From the human T2T-CHM13v2.0 reference genome, Homo sapiens: a stretch of DNA of 64,000 nucleotides. The stretch lies in assembly GCF_009914755.1 (NCBI RefSeq), contig NC_060946.1; one strand, written 5' to 3'. The number at the start of each line of letters is the position of its first letter. Positions within the stretch are counted from its first letter, which is position 1. The position numbers were made by a program, and so were the translations under genes. Positions 17,001 through 32,000 of this stretch are shown here, in pieces. The notes below the pieces were generated by a model. The model did no database searches, was not told the DNA's origin, and saw only the letters and a list, made by a program, of their open reading frames with translations.

Positions 17001-20000
17001 ATTGTACCAAGCAGAGTATCTTTGAAATTTTTCTTCATTTAAAAAATATGTATCTTGACTCAGGCCTGTAATCCCAGCACTTTGGGAGGCCAAGGCAAGA
17101 GGATCACAAGGTGAGGAGATCAAGACCATCCTGGCCAATACGGTGAAACCCTGTCTCTACTAAAAATACAAAAAATTAGCCAGGCATGATGGCAGCTGGT
17201 GTAGTCCCAGTGTGAATTGGGATTCAGTTTATTCCCAAATTCCCAAAATATATATATATATATAATATATATTATATTATATATAATTTTATATATATAT
17301 ATTTGTCGGTGCCCTATTTCCCATCTCATAACTTATTTTAAGAAGCCAGCATAATAATGTGTGGGCTTGGGATTCAGTTTTTGAAACAAAACACTGAGCC
17401 TTTGATGACCTTCCTGTACTTGTAAAAGCCCACCTGTCTGCATGGCAGCAGTTGGACCTCACAGTGTGGATTGTGCCTTCACCCTGGAATGTTTATGCCC
17501 TATCGCCATGGTGATGGGATTAGGGATCTCCTGCCCTTGGTCCTAAGTGCCACTATCTGTGCTGAGTTTTTCAAAGGTCAGAGCAGATTGAACCTTTGTG
17601 GTTTCATTTTCCCTGATTTTGATTTTTCTTATGGGGAACCTGTGTGGCTGCATTCAAGGTATGTTCATACTGGCCTGTCAAATGCGATCTTTTCAAATTA
17701 CTAGTTAATGCTTTCAAAATATGTTATTTAAAAAATTAGCCTCTGTATTTTCCATATGCAGTTATAAATATGTTTCATGGTTAGGTTTTATTCCTCAATT
17801 TATATATTTGATTATTGTACCAAGCAGAGTATCTTTGAAATTTTTCTTCATTTAAAAAATATGTATCTTGACTCAGGCCTGTAATCCCAGCACTTTGGGA
17901 GGCCAAGGCAAGAGGATCACAAGGTGAGGAGATCAAGACCATCCTGGCCAATACGGTGAAACCCTGTCTCTACTAAAAATACAAAAAATTAGCCAGGCAT
18001 GATGGCAGCTGGTGTAGTCCCAGTGTGAATTGGGATTCAGTTTATTCCCAAATTCCCAAAATATATATATATATATAATATATATTATATTATATATAAT
18101 TTTATATATATATATTTGTCGGTGCCCTATTTCCCATCTCATAACTTATTTTAAGAAGCCAGCATAATAATGTGTGGGCTTGGGATTCAGTTTTTGAAAC
18201 AAAACACTGAGCCTTTGATGACCTTCCTGTACTTGTAAAAGCCCACCTGTCTGCATGGCAGCAGTTGGACCTCACAGTGTGGATTGTGCCTTCACCCTGG
18301 AATGTTTATGCCCTATCGCCATGGTGATGGGATTAGGGATCTCCTGCCCTTGGTCCTAAGTGCCACTATCTGTGCTGAGTTTTTCAAAGGTCAGAGCAGA
18401 TTGAACCTTTGTGGTTTCATTTTCCCTGATTTTGATTTTTCTTATGGGGAACCTGTGTGGCTGCATTCAAGGTATGTTCATACTGGCCTGTCAAATGCGA
18501 TCTTTTCAAATTACTAGTTAATGCTTTCAAAATATGTTATTTAAAAAATTAGCCTCTGTATTTTCCATATGCAGTTATAAATATGTTTCATGGTTAGGTT
18601 TTATTCCTCAATTTATATATTTGATTATTGTACCAAGCAGAGTATCTTTGAAATTTTTCTTCATTTAAAAAATATGTATCTTGACTCAGGCCTGTAATCC
18701 CAGCACTTTGGGAGGCCAAGGCAAGAGGATCACAAGGTGAGGAGATCAAGACCATCCTGGCCAATACGGTGAAACCCTGTCTCTACTAAAAATACAAAAA
18801 ATTAGCCAGGCATGATGGCAGCTGGTGTAGTCCCAGTGTGAATTGGGATTCAGTTTATTCCCAAATTCCCAAAATATATATATATATATAATATATATTA
18901 TATTATATATAATTTTATATATATATATTTGTCGGTGCCCTATTTCCCATCTCATAACTTATTTTAAGAAGCCAGCATAATAATGTGTGGGCTTGGGATT
19001 CAGTTTTTGAAACAAAACACTGAGCCTTTGATGACCTTCCTGTACTTGTAAAAGCCCACCTGTCTGCATGGCAGCAGTTGGACCTCACAGTGTGGATTGT
19101 GCCTTCACCCTGGAATGTTTATGCCCTATCGCCATGGTGATGGGATTAGGGATCTCCTGCCCTTGGTCCTAAGTGCCACTATCTGTGCTGAGTTTTTCAA
19201 AGGTCAGAGCAGATTGAACCTTTGTGGTTTCATTTTCCCTGATTTTGATTTTTCTTATGGGGAACCTGTGTGGCTGCATTCAAGGTATGTTCATACTGGC
19301 CTGTCAAATGCGATCTTTTCAAATTACTAGTTAATGCTTTCAAAATATGTTATTTAAAAAATTAGCCTCTGTATTTTCCATATGCAGTTATAAATATGTT
19401 TCATGGTTAGGTTTTATTCCTCAATTTATATATTTGATTATTGTACCAAGCAGAGTATCTTTGAAATTTTTCTTCATTTAAAAAATATGTATCTTGACTC
19501 AGGCCTGTAATCCCAGCACTTTGGGAGGCCAAGGCAAGAGGATCACAAGGTGAGGAGATCAAGACCATCCTGGCCAATACGGTGAAACCCTGTCTCTACT
19601 AAAAATACAAAAAATTAGCCAGGCATGATGGCAGCTGGTGTAGTCCCAGTGTGAATTGGGATTCAGTTTATTCCCAAATTCCCAAAATATATATATATAT
19701 ATAATATATATTATATTATATATAATTTTATATATATATATTTGTCGGTGCCCTATTTCCCATCTCATAACTTATTTTAAGAAGCCAGCATAATAATGTG
19801 TGGGCTTGGGATTCAGTTTTTGAAACAAAACACTGAGCCTTTGATGACCTTCCTGTACTTGTAAAAGCCCACCTGTCTGCATGGCAGCAGTTGGACCTCA
19901 CAGTGTGGATTGTGCCTTCACCCTGGAATGTTTATGCCCTATCGCCATGGTGATGGGATTAGGGATCTCCTGCCCTTGGTCCTAAGTGCCACTATCTGTG

Positions 20001-23000
20001 CTGAGTTTTTCAAAGGTCAGAGCAGATTGAACCTTTGTGGTTTCATTTTCCCTGATTTTGATTTTTCTTATGGGGAACCTGTGTGGCTGCATTCAAGGTA
20101 TGTTCATACTGGCCTGTCAAATGCGATCTTTTCAAATTACTAGTTAATGCTTTCAAAATATGTTATTTAAAAAATTAGCCTCTGTATTTTCCATATGCAG
20201 TTATAAATATGTTTCATGGTTAGGTTTTATTCCTCAATTTATATATTTGATTATTGTACCAAGCAGAGTATCTTTGAAATTTTTCTTCATTTAAAAAATA
20301 TGTATCTTGACTCAGGCCTGTAATCCCAGCACTTTGGGAGGCCAAGGCAAGAGGATCACAAGGTGAGGAGATCAAGACCATCCTGGCCAATACGGTGAAA
20401 CCCTGTCTCTACTAAAAATACAAAAAATTAGCCAGGCATGATGGCAGCTGGTGTAGTCCCAGTGTGAATTGGGATTCAGTTTATTCCCAAATTCCCAAAA
20501 TATATATATATATATAATATATATTATATTATATATAATTTTATATATATATATTTGTCGGTGCCCTATTTCCCATCTCATAACTTATTTTAAGAAGCCA
20601 GCATAATAATGTGTGGGCTTGGGATTCAGTTTTTGAAACAAAACACTGAGCCTTTGATGACCTTCCTGTACTTGTAAAAGCCCACCTGTCTGCATGGCAG
20701 CAGTTGGACCTCACAGTGTGGATTGTGCCTTCACCCTGGAATGTTTATGCCCTATCGCCATGGTGATGGGATTAGGGATCTCCTGCCCTTGGTCCTAAGT
20801 GCCACTATCTGTGCTGAGTTTTTCAAAGGTCAGAGCAGATTGAACCTTTGTGGTTTCATTTTCCCTGATTTTGATTTTTCTTATGGGGAACCTGTGTGGC
20901 TGCATTCAAGGTATGTTCATACTGGCCTGTCAAATGCGATCTTTTCAAATTACTAGTTAATGCTTTCAAAATATGTTATTTAAAAAATTAGCCTCTGTAT
21001 TTTCCATATGCAGTTATAAATATGTTTCATGGTTAGGTTTTATTCCTCAATTTATATATTTGATTATTGTACCAAGCAGAGTATCTTTGAAATTTTTCTT
21101 CATTTAAAAAATATGTATCTTGACTCAGGCCTGTAATCCCAGCACTTTGGGAGGCCAAGGCAAGAGGATCACAAGGTGAGGAGATCAAGACCATCCTGGC
21201 CAATACGGTGAAACCCTGTCTCTACTAAAAATACAAAAAATTAGCCAGGCATGATGGCAGCTGGTGTAGTCCCAGTGTGAATTGGGATTCAGTTTATTCC
21301 CAAATTCCCAAAATATATATATATATATAATATATATTATATTATATATAATTTTATATATATATATTTGTCGGTGCCCTATTTCCCATCTCATAACTTA
21401 TTTTAAGAAGCCAGCATAATAATGTGTGGGCTTGGGATTCAGTTTTTGAAACAAAACACTGAGCCTTTGATGACCTTCCTGTACTTGTAAAAGCCCACCT
21501 GTCTGCATGGCAGCAGTTGGACCTCACAGTGTGGATTGTGCCTTCACCCTGGAATGTTTATGCCCTATCGCCATGGTGATGGGATTAGGGATCTCCTGCC
21601 CTTGGTCCTAAGTGCCACTATCTGTGCTGAGTTTTTCAAAGGTCAGAGCAGATTGAACCTTTGTGGTTTCATTTTCCCTGATTTTGATTTTTCTTATGGG
21701 GAACCTGTGTGGCTGCATTCAAGGTATGTTCATACTGGCCTGTCAAATGCGATCTTTTCAAATTACTAGTTAATGCTTTCAAAATATGTTATTTAAAAAA
21801 TTAGCCTCTGTATTTTCCATATGCAGTTATAAATATGTTTCATGGTTAGGTTTTATTCCTCAATTTATATATTTGATTATTGTACCAAGCAGAGTATCTT
21901 TGAAATTTTTCTTCATTTAAAAAATATGTATCTTGACTCAGGCCTGTAATCCCAGCACTTTGGGAGGCCAAGGCAAGAGGATCACAAGGTGAGGAGATCA
22001 AGACCATCCTGGCCAATACGGTGAAACCCTGTCTCTACTAAAAATACAAAAAATTAGCCAGGCATGATGGCAGCTGGTGTAGTCCCAGTGTGAATTGGGA
22101 TTCAGTTTATTCCCAAATTCCCAAAATATATATATATATATAATATATATTATATTATATATAATTTTATATATATATATTTGTCGGTGCCCTATTTCCC
22201 ATCTCATAACTTATTTTAAGAAGCCAGCATAATAATGTGTGGGCTTGGGATTCAGTTTTTGAAACAAAACACTGAGCCTTTGATGACCTTCCTGTACTTG
22301 TAAAAGCCCACCTGTCTGCATGGCAGCAGTTGGACCTCACAGTGTGGATTGTGCCTTCACCCTGGAATGTTTATGCCCTATCGCCATGGTGATGGGATTA
22401 GGGATCTCCTGCCCTTGGTCCTAAGTGCCACTATCTGTGCTGAGTTTTTCAAAGGTCAGAGCAGATTGAACCTTTGTGGTTTCATTTTCCCTGATTTTGA
22501 TTTTTCTTATGGGGAACCTGTGTGGCTGCATTCAAGGTATGTTCATACTGGCCTGTCAAATGCGATCTTTTCAAATTACTAGTTAATGCTTTCAAAATAT
22601 GTTATTTAAAAAATTAGCCTCTGTATTTTCCATATGCAGTTATAAATATGTTTCATGGTTAGGTTTTATTCCTCAATTTATATATTTGATTATTGTACCA
22701 AGCAGAGTATCTTTGAAATTTTTCTTCATTTAAAAAATATGTATCTTGACTCAGGCCTGTAATCCCAGCACTTTGGGAGGCCAAGGCAAGAGGATCACAA
22801 GGTGAGGAGATCAAGACCATCCTGGCCAATACGGTGAAACCCTGTCTCTACTAAAAATACAAAAAATTAGCCAGGCATGATGGCAGCTGGTGTAGTCCCA
22901 GTGTGAATTGGGATTCAGTTTATTCCCAAATTCCCAAAATATATATATATATATAATATATATTATATTATATATAATTTTATATATATATATTTGTCGG

Positions 23001-26000
23001 TGCCCTATTTCCCATCTCATAACTTATTTTAAGAAGCCAGCATAATAATGTGTGGGCTTGGGATTCAGTTTTTGAAACAAAACACTGAGCCTTTGATGAC
23101 CTTCCTGTACTTGTAAAAGCCCACCTGTCTGCATGGCAGCAGTTGGACCTCACAGTGTGGATTGTGCCTTCACCCTGGAATGTTTATGCCCTATCGCCAT
23201 GGTGATGGGATTAGGGATCTCCTGCCCTTGGTCCTAAGTGCCACTATCTGTGCTGAGTTTTTCAAAGGTCAGAGCAGATTGAACCTTTGTGGTTTCATTT
23301 TCCCTGATTTTGATTTTTCTTATGGGGAACCTGTGTGGCTGCATTCAAGGTATGTTCATACTGGCCTGTCAAATGCGATCTTTTCAAATTACTAGTTAAT
23401 GCTTTCAAAATATGTTATTTAAAAAATTAGCCTCTGTATTTTCCATATGCAGTTATAAATATGTTTCATGGTTAGGTTTTATTCCTCAATTTATATATTT
23501 GATTATTGTACCAAGCAGAGTATCTTTGAAATTTTTCTTCATTTAAAAAATATGTATCTTGACTCAGGCCTGTAATCCCAGCACTTTGGGAGGCCAAGGC
23601 AAGAGGATCACAAGGTGAGGAGATCAAGACCATCCTGGCCAATACGGTGAAACCCTGTCTCTACTAAAAATACAAAAAATTAGCCAGGCATGATGGCAGC
23701 TGGTGTAGTCCCAGTGTGAATTGGGATTCAGTTTATTCCCAAATTCCCAAAATATATATATATATATAATATATATTATATTATATATAATTTTATATAT
23801 ATATATTTGTCGGTGCCCTATTTCCCATCTCATAACTTATTTTAAGAAGCCAGCATAATAATGTGTGGGCTTGGGATTCAGTTTTTGAAACAAAACACTG
23901 AGCCTTTGATGACCTTCCTGTACTTGTAAAAGCCCACCTGTCTGCATGGCAGCAGTTGGACCTCACAGTGTGGATTGTGCCTTCACCCTGGAATGTTTAT
24001 GCCCTATCGCCATGGTGATGGGATTAGGGATCTCCTGCCCTTGGTCCTAAGTGCCACTATCTGTGCTGAGTTTTTCAAAGGTCAGAGCAGATTGAACCTT
24101 TGTGGTTTCATTTTCCCTGATTTTGATTTTTCTTATGGGGAACCTGTGTGGCTGCATTCAAGGTATGTTCATACTGGCCTGTCAAATGCGATCTTTTCAA
24201 ATTACTAGTTAATGCTTTCAAAATATGTTATTTAAAAAATTAGCCTCTGTATTTTCCATATGCAGTTATAAATATGTTTCATGGTTAGGTTTTATTCCTC
24301 AATTTATATATTTGATTATTGTACCAAGCAGAGTATCTTTGAAATTTTTCTTCATTTAAAAAATATGTATCTTGACTCAGGCCTGTAATCCCAGCACTTT
24401 GGGAGGCCAAGGCAAGAGGATCACAAGGTGAGGAGATCAAGACCATCCTGGCCAATACGGTGAAACCCTGTCTCTACTAAAAATACAAAAAATTAGCCAG
24501 GCATGATGGCAGCTGGTGTAGTCCCAGTGTGAATTGGGATTCAGTTTATTCCCAAATTCCCAAAATATATATATATATATAATATATATTATATTATATA
24601 TAATTTTATATATATATATTTGTCGGTGCCCTATTTCCCATCTCATAACTTATTTTAAGAAGCCAGCATAATAATGTGTGGGCTTGGGATTCAGTTTTTG
24701 AAACAAAACACTGAGCCTTTGATGACCTTCCTGTACTTGTAAAAGCCCACCTGTCTGCATGGCAGCAGTTGGACCTCACAGTGTGGATTGTGCCTTCACC
24801 CTGGAATGTTTATGCCCTATCGCCATGGTGATGGGATTAGGGATCTCCTGCCCTTGGTCCTAAGTGCCACTATCTGTGCTGAGTTTTTCAAAGGTCAGAG
24901 CAGATTGAACCTTTGTGGTTTCATTTTCCCTGATTTTGATTTTTCTTATGGGGAACCTGTGTGGCTGCATTCAAGGTATGTTCATACTGGCCTGTCAAAT
25001 GCGATCTTTTCAAATTACTAGTTAATGCTTTCAAAATATGTTATTTAAAAAATTAGCCTCTGTATTTTCCATATGCAGTTATAAATATGTTTCATGGTTA
25101 GGTTTTATTCCTCAATTTATATATTTGATTATTGTACCAAGCAGAGTATCTTTGAAATTTTTCTTCATTTAAAAAATATGTATCTTGACTCAGGCCTGTA
25201 ATCCCAGCACTTTGGGAGGCCAAGGCAAGAGGATCACAAGGTGAGGAGATCAAGACCATCCTGGCCAATACGGTGAAACCCTGTCTCTACTAAAAATACA
25301 AAAAATTAGCCAGGCATGATGGCAGCTGGTGTAGTCCCAGTGTGAATTGGGATTCAGTTTATTCCCAAATTCCCAAAATATATATATATATATAATATAT
25401 ATTATATTATATATAATTTTATATATATATATTTGTCGGTGCCCTATTTCCCATCTCATAACTTATTTTAAGAAGCCAGCATAATAATGTGTGGGCTTGG
25501 GATTCAGTTTTTGAAACAAAACACTGAGCCTTTGATGACCTTCCTGTACTTGTAAAAGCCCACCTGTCTGCATGGCAGCAGTTGGACCTCACAGTGTGGA
25601 TTGTGCCTTCACCCTGGAATGTTTATGCCCTATCGCCATGGTGATGGGATTAGGGATCTCCTGCCCTTGGTCCTAAGTGCCACTATCTGTGCTGAGTTTT
25701 TCAAAGGTCAGAGCAGATTGAACCTTTGTGGTTTCATTTTCCCTGATTTTGATTTTTCTTATGGGGAACCTGTGTGGCTGCATTCAAGGTATGTTCATAC
25801 TGGCCTGTCAAATGCGATCTTTTCAAATTACTAGTTAATGCTTTCAAAATATGTTATTTAAAAAATTAGCCTCTGTATTTTCCATATGCAGTTATAAATA
25901 TGTTTCATGGTTAGGTTTTATTCCTCAATTTATATATTTGATTATTGTACCAAGCAGAGTATCTTTGAAATTTTTCTTCATTTAAAAAATATGTATCTTG

Positions 26001-29000
26001 ACTCAGGCCTGTAATCCCAGCACTTTGGGAGGCCAAGGCAAGAGGATCACAAGGTGAGGAGATCAAGACCATCCTGGCCAATACGGTGAAACCCTGTCTC
26101 TACTAAAAATACAAAAAATTAGCCAGGCATGATGGCAGCTGGTGTAGTCCCAGTGTGAATTGGGATTCAGTTTATTCCCAAATTCCCAAAATATATATAT
26201 ATATATAATATATATTATATTATATATAATTTTATATATATATATTTGTCGGTGCCCTATTTCCCATCTCATAACTTATTTTAAGAAGCCAGCATAATAA
26301 TGTGTGGGCTTGGGATTCAGTTTTTGAAACAAAACACTGAGCCTTTGATGACCTTCCTGTACTTGTAAAAGCCCACCTGTCTGCATGGCAGCAGTTGGAC
26401 CTCACAGTGTGGATTGTGCCTTCACCCTGGAATGTTTATGCCCTATCGCCATGGTGATGGGATTAGGGATCTCCTGCCCTTGGTCCTAAGTGCCACTATC
26501 TGTGCTGAGTTTTTCAAAGGTCAGAGCAGATTGAACCTTTGTGGTTTCATTTTCCCTGATTTTGATTTTTCTTATGGGGAACCTGTGTGGCTGCATTCAA
26601 GGTATGTTCATACTGGCCTGTCAAATGCGATCTTTTCAAATTACTAGTTAATGCTTTCAAAATATGTTATTTAAAAAATTAGCCTCTGTATTTTCCATAT
26701 GCAGTTATAAATATGTTTCATGGTTAGGTTTTATTCCTCAATTTATATATTTGATTATTGTACCAAGCAGAGTATCTTTGAAATTTTTCTTCATTTAAAA
26801 AATATGTATCTTGACTCAGGCCTGTAATCCCAGCACTTTGGGAGGCCAAGGCAAGAGGATCACAAGGTGAGGAGATCAAGACCATCCTGGCCAATACGGT
26901 GAAACCCTGTCTCTACTAAAAATACAAAAAATTAGCCAGGCATGATGGCAGCTGGTGTAGTCCCAGTGTGAATTGGGATTCAGTTTATTCCCAAATTCCC
27001 AAAATATATATATATATATAATATATATTATATTATATATAATTTTATATATATATATTTGTCGGTGCCCTATTTCCCATCTCATAACTTATTTTAAGAA
27101 GCCAGCATAATAATGTGTGGGCTTGGGATTCAGTTTTTGAAACAAAACACTGAGCCTTTGATGACCTTCCTGTACTTGTAAAAGCCCACCTGTCTGCATG
27201 GCAGCAGTTGGACCTCACAGTGTGGATTGTGCCTTCACCCTGGAATGTTTATGCCCTATCGCCATGGTGATGGGATTAGGGATCTCCTGCCCTTGGTCCT
27301 AAGTGCCACTATCTGTGCTGAGTTTTTCAAAGGTCAGAGCAGATTGAACCTTTGTGGTTTCATTTTCCCTGATTTTGATTTTTCTTATGGGGAACCTGTG
27401 TGGCTGCATTCAAGGTATGTTCATACTGGCCTGTCAAATGCGATCTTTTCAAATTACTAGTTAATGCTTTCAAAATATGTTATTTAAAAAATTAGCCTCT
27501 GTATTTTCCATATGCAGTTATAAATATGTTTCATGGTTAGGTTTTATTCCTCAATTTATATATTTGATTATTGTACCAAGCAGAGTATCTTTGAAATTTT
27601 TCTTCATTTAAAAAATATGTATCTTGACTCAGGCCTGTAATCCCAGCACTTTGGGAGGCCAAGGCAAGAGGATCACAAGGTGAGGAGATCAAGACCATCC
27701 TGGCCAATACGGTGAAACCCTGTCTCTACTAAAAATACAAAAAATTAGCCAGGCATGATGGCAGCTGGTGTAGTCCCAGTGTGAATTGGGATTCAGTTTA
27801 TTCCCAAATTCCCAAAATATATATATATATATAATATATATTATATTATATATAATTATATATATATATATTTGTCGGTGCCCTATTTCCCATCTCATAA
27901 CTTATTTTAAGAAGCCAGCATAATAATGTGTGGGCTTGGGATTCAGTTTTTGAAACAAAACACTGAGCCTTTGATGACCTTCCTGTACTTGTAAAAGCCC
28001 ACCTGTCTGCATGGCAGCAGTTGGACCTCACAGTGTGGATTGTGCCTTCACCCTGGAATGTTTATGCCCTATCGCCATGGTGATGGGATTAGGGATCTCC
28101 TGCCCTTGGTCCTAAGTGCCACTATCTGTGCTGAGTTTTTCAAAGGTCAGAGCAGATTGAACCTTTGTGGTTTCATTTTCCCTGATTTTGATTTTTCTTA
28201 TGGGGAACCTGTGTGGCTGCATTCAAGGTATGTTCATACTGGCCTGTCAAATGCGATCTTTTCAAATTACTAGTTAATGCTTTCAAAATATGTTATTTAA
28301 AAAATTAGCCTCTGTATTTTCCATATGCAGTTATAAATATGTTTCATGGTTAGGTTTTATTCCTCAATTTATATATTTGATTATTGTACCAAGCAGAGTA
28401 TCTTTGAAATTTTTCTTCATTTAAAAAATATGTATCTTGACTCAGGCCTGTAATCCCAGCACTTTGGGAGGCCAAGGCAAGAGGATCACAAGGTGAGGAG
28501 ATCAAGACCATCCTGGCCAATACGGTGAAACCCTGTCTCTACTAAAAATACAAAAAATTAGCCAGGCATGATGGCAGCTGGTGTAGTCCCAGTGTGAATT
28601 GGGATTCAGTTTATTCCCAAATTCCCAAAATATATATATATATATAATATATATTATATTATATATAATTTTATATATATATATTTGTCGGTGCCCTATT
28701 TCCCATCTCATAACTTATTTTAAGAAGCCAGCATAATAATGTGTGGGCTTGGGATTCAGTTTTTGAAACAAAACACTGAGCCTTTGATGACCTTCCTGTA
28801 CTTGTAAAAGCCCACCTGTCTGCATGGCAGCAGTTGGACCTCACAGTGTGGATTGTGCCTTCACCCTGGAATGTTTATGCCCTATCGCCATGGTGATGGG
28901 ATTAGGGATCTCCTGCCCTTGGTCCTAAGTGCCACTATCTGTGCTGAGTTTTTCAAAGGTCAGAGCAGATTGAACCTTTGTGGTTTCATTTTCCCTGATT

Positions 29001-32000
29001 TTGATTTTTCTTATGGGGAACCTGTGTGGCTGCATTCAAGGTATGTTCATACTGGCCTGTCAAATGCGATCTTTTCAAATTACTAGTTAATGCTTTCAAA
29101 ATATGTTATTTAAAAAATTAGCCTCTGTATTTTCCATATGCAGTTATAAATATGTTTCATGGTTAGGTTTTATTCCTCAATTTATATATTTGATTATTGT
29201 ACCAAGCAGAGTATCTTTGAAATTTTTCTTCATTTAAAAAATATGTATCTTGACTCAGGCCTGTAATCCCAGCACTTTGGGAGGCCAAGGCAAGAGGATC
29301 ACAAGGTGAGGAGATCAAGACCATCCTGGCCAATACGGTGAAACCCTGTCTCTACTAAAAATACAAAAAATTAGCCAGGCATGATGGCAGCTGGTGTAGT
29401 CCCAGTGTGAATTGGGATTCAGTTTATTCCCAAATTCCCAAAATATATATATATATATAATATATATTATATTATATATAATTTTATATATATATATTTG
29501 TCGGTGCCCTATTTCCCATCTCATAACTTATTTTAAGAAGCCAGCATAATAATGTGTGGGCTTGGGATTCAGTTTTTGAAACAAAACACTGAGCCTTTGA
29601 TGACCTTCCTGTACTTGTAAAAGCCCACCTGTCTGCATGGCAGCAGTTGGACCTCACAGTGTGGATTGTGCCTTCACCCTGGAATGTTTATGCCCTATCG
29701 CCATGGTGATGGGATTAGGGATCTCCTGCCCTTGGTCCTAAGTGCCACTATCTGTGCTGAGTTTTTCAAAGGTCAGAGCAGATTGAACCTTTGTGGTTTC
29801 ATTTTCCCTGATTTTGATTTTTCTTATGGGGAACCTGTGTGGCTGCATTCAAGGTATGTTCATACTGGCCTGTCAAATGCGATCTTTTCAAATTACTAGT
29901 TAATGCTTTCAAAATATGTTATTTAAAAAATTAGCCTCTGTATTTTCCATATGCAGTTATAAATATGTTTCATGGTTAGGTTTTATTCCTCAATTTATAT
30001 ATTTGATTATTGTACCAAGCAGAGTATCTTTGAAATTTTTCTTCATTTAAAAAATATGTATCTTGACTCAGGCCTGTAATCCCAGCACTTTGGGAGGCCA
30101 AGGCAAGAGGATCACAAGGTGAGGAGATCAAGACCATCCTGGCCAATACGGTGAAACCCTGTCTCTACTAAAAATACAAAAAATTAGCCAGGCATGATGG
30201 CAGCTGGTGTAGTCCCAGTGTGAATTGGGATTCAGTTTATTCCCAAATTCCCAAAATATATATATATATATAATATATATTATATTATATATAATTTTAT
30301 ATATATATATTTGTCGGTGCCCTATTTCCCATCTCATAACTTATTTTAAGAAGCCAGCATAATAATGTGTGGGCTTGGGATTCAGTTTTTGAAACAAAAC
30401 ACTGAGCCTTTGATGACCTTCCTGTACTTGTAAAAGCCCACCTGTCTGCATGGCAGCAGTTGGACCTCACAGTGTGGATTGTGCCTTCACCCTGGAATGT
30501 TTATGCCCTATCGCCATGGTGATGGGATTAGGGATCTCCTGCCCTTGGTCCTAAGTGCCACTATCTGTGCTGAGTTTTTCAAAGGTCAGAGCAGATTGAA
30601 CCTTTGTGGTTTCATTTTCCCTGATTTTGATTTTTCTTATGGGGAACCTGTGTGGCTGCATTCAAGGTATGTTCATACTGGCCTGTCAAATGCGATCTTT
30701 TCAAATTACTAGTTAATGCTTTCAAAATATGTTATTTAAAAAATTAGCCTCTGTATTTTCCATATGCAGTTATAAATATGTTTCATGGTTAGGTTTTATT
30801 CCTCAATTTATATATTTGATTATTGTACCAAGCAGAGTATCTTTGAAATTTTTCTTCATTTAAAAAATATGTATCTTGACTCAGGCCTGTAATCCCAGCA
30901 CTTTGGGAGGCCAAGGCAAGAGGATCACAAGGTGAGGAGATCAAGACCATCCTGGCCAATACGGTGAAACCCTGTCTCTACTAAAAATACAAAAAATTAG
31001 CCAGGCATGATGGCAGCTGGTGTAGTCCCAGTGTGAATTGGGATTCAGTTTATTCCCAAATTCCCAAAATATATATATATATATAATATATATTATATTA
31101 TATATAATTTTATATATATATATTTGTCGGTGCCCTATTTCCCATCTCATAACTTATTTTAAGAAGCCAGCATAATAATGTGTGGGCTTGGGATTCAGTT
31201 TTTGAAACAAAACACTGAGCCTTTGATGACCTTCCTGTACTTGTAAAAGCCCACCTGTCTGCATGGCAGCAGTTGGACCTCACAGTGTGGATTGTGCCTT
31301 CACCCTGGAATGTTTATGCCCTATCGCCATGGTGATGGGATTAGGGATCTCCTGCCCTTGGTCCTAAGTGCCACTATCTGTGCTGAGTTTTTCAAAGGTC
31401 AGAGCAGATTGAACCTTTGTGGTTTCATTTTCCCTGATTTTGATTTTTCTTATGGGGAACCTGTGTGGCTGCATTCAAGGTATGTTCATACTGGCCTGTC
31501 AAATGCGATCTTTTCAAATTACTAGTTAATGCTTTCAAAATATGTTATTTAAAAAATTAGCCTCTGTATTTTCCATATGCAGTTATAAATATGTTTCATG
31601 GTTAGGTTTTATTCCTCAATTTATATATTTGATTATTGTACCAAGCAGAGTATCTTTGAAATTTTTCTTCATTTAAAAAATATGTATCTTGACTCAGGCC
31701 TGTAATCCCAGCACTTTGGGAGGCCAAGGCAAGAGGATCACAAGGTGAGGAGATCAAGACCATCCTGGCCAATACGGTGAAACCCTGTCTCTACTAAAAA
31801 TACAAAAAATTAGCCAGGCATGATGGCAGCTGGTGTAGTCCCAGTGTGAATTGGGATTCAGTTTATTCCCAAATTCCCAAAATATATATATATATATAAT
31901 ATATATTATATTATATATAATTTTATATATATATATTTGTCGGTGCCCTATTTCCCATCTCATAACTTATTTTAAGAAGCCAGCATAATAATGTGTGGGC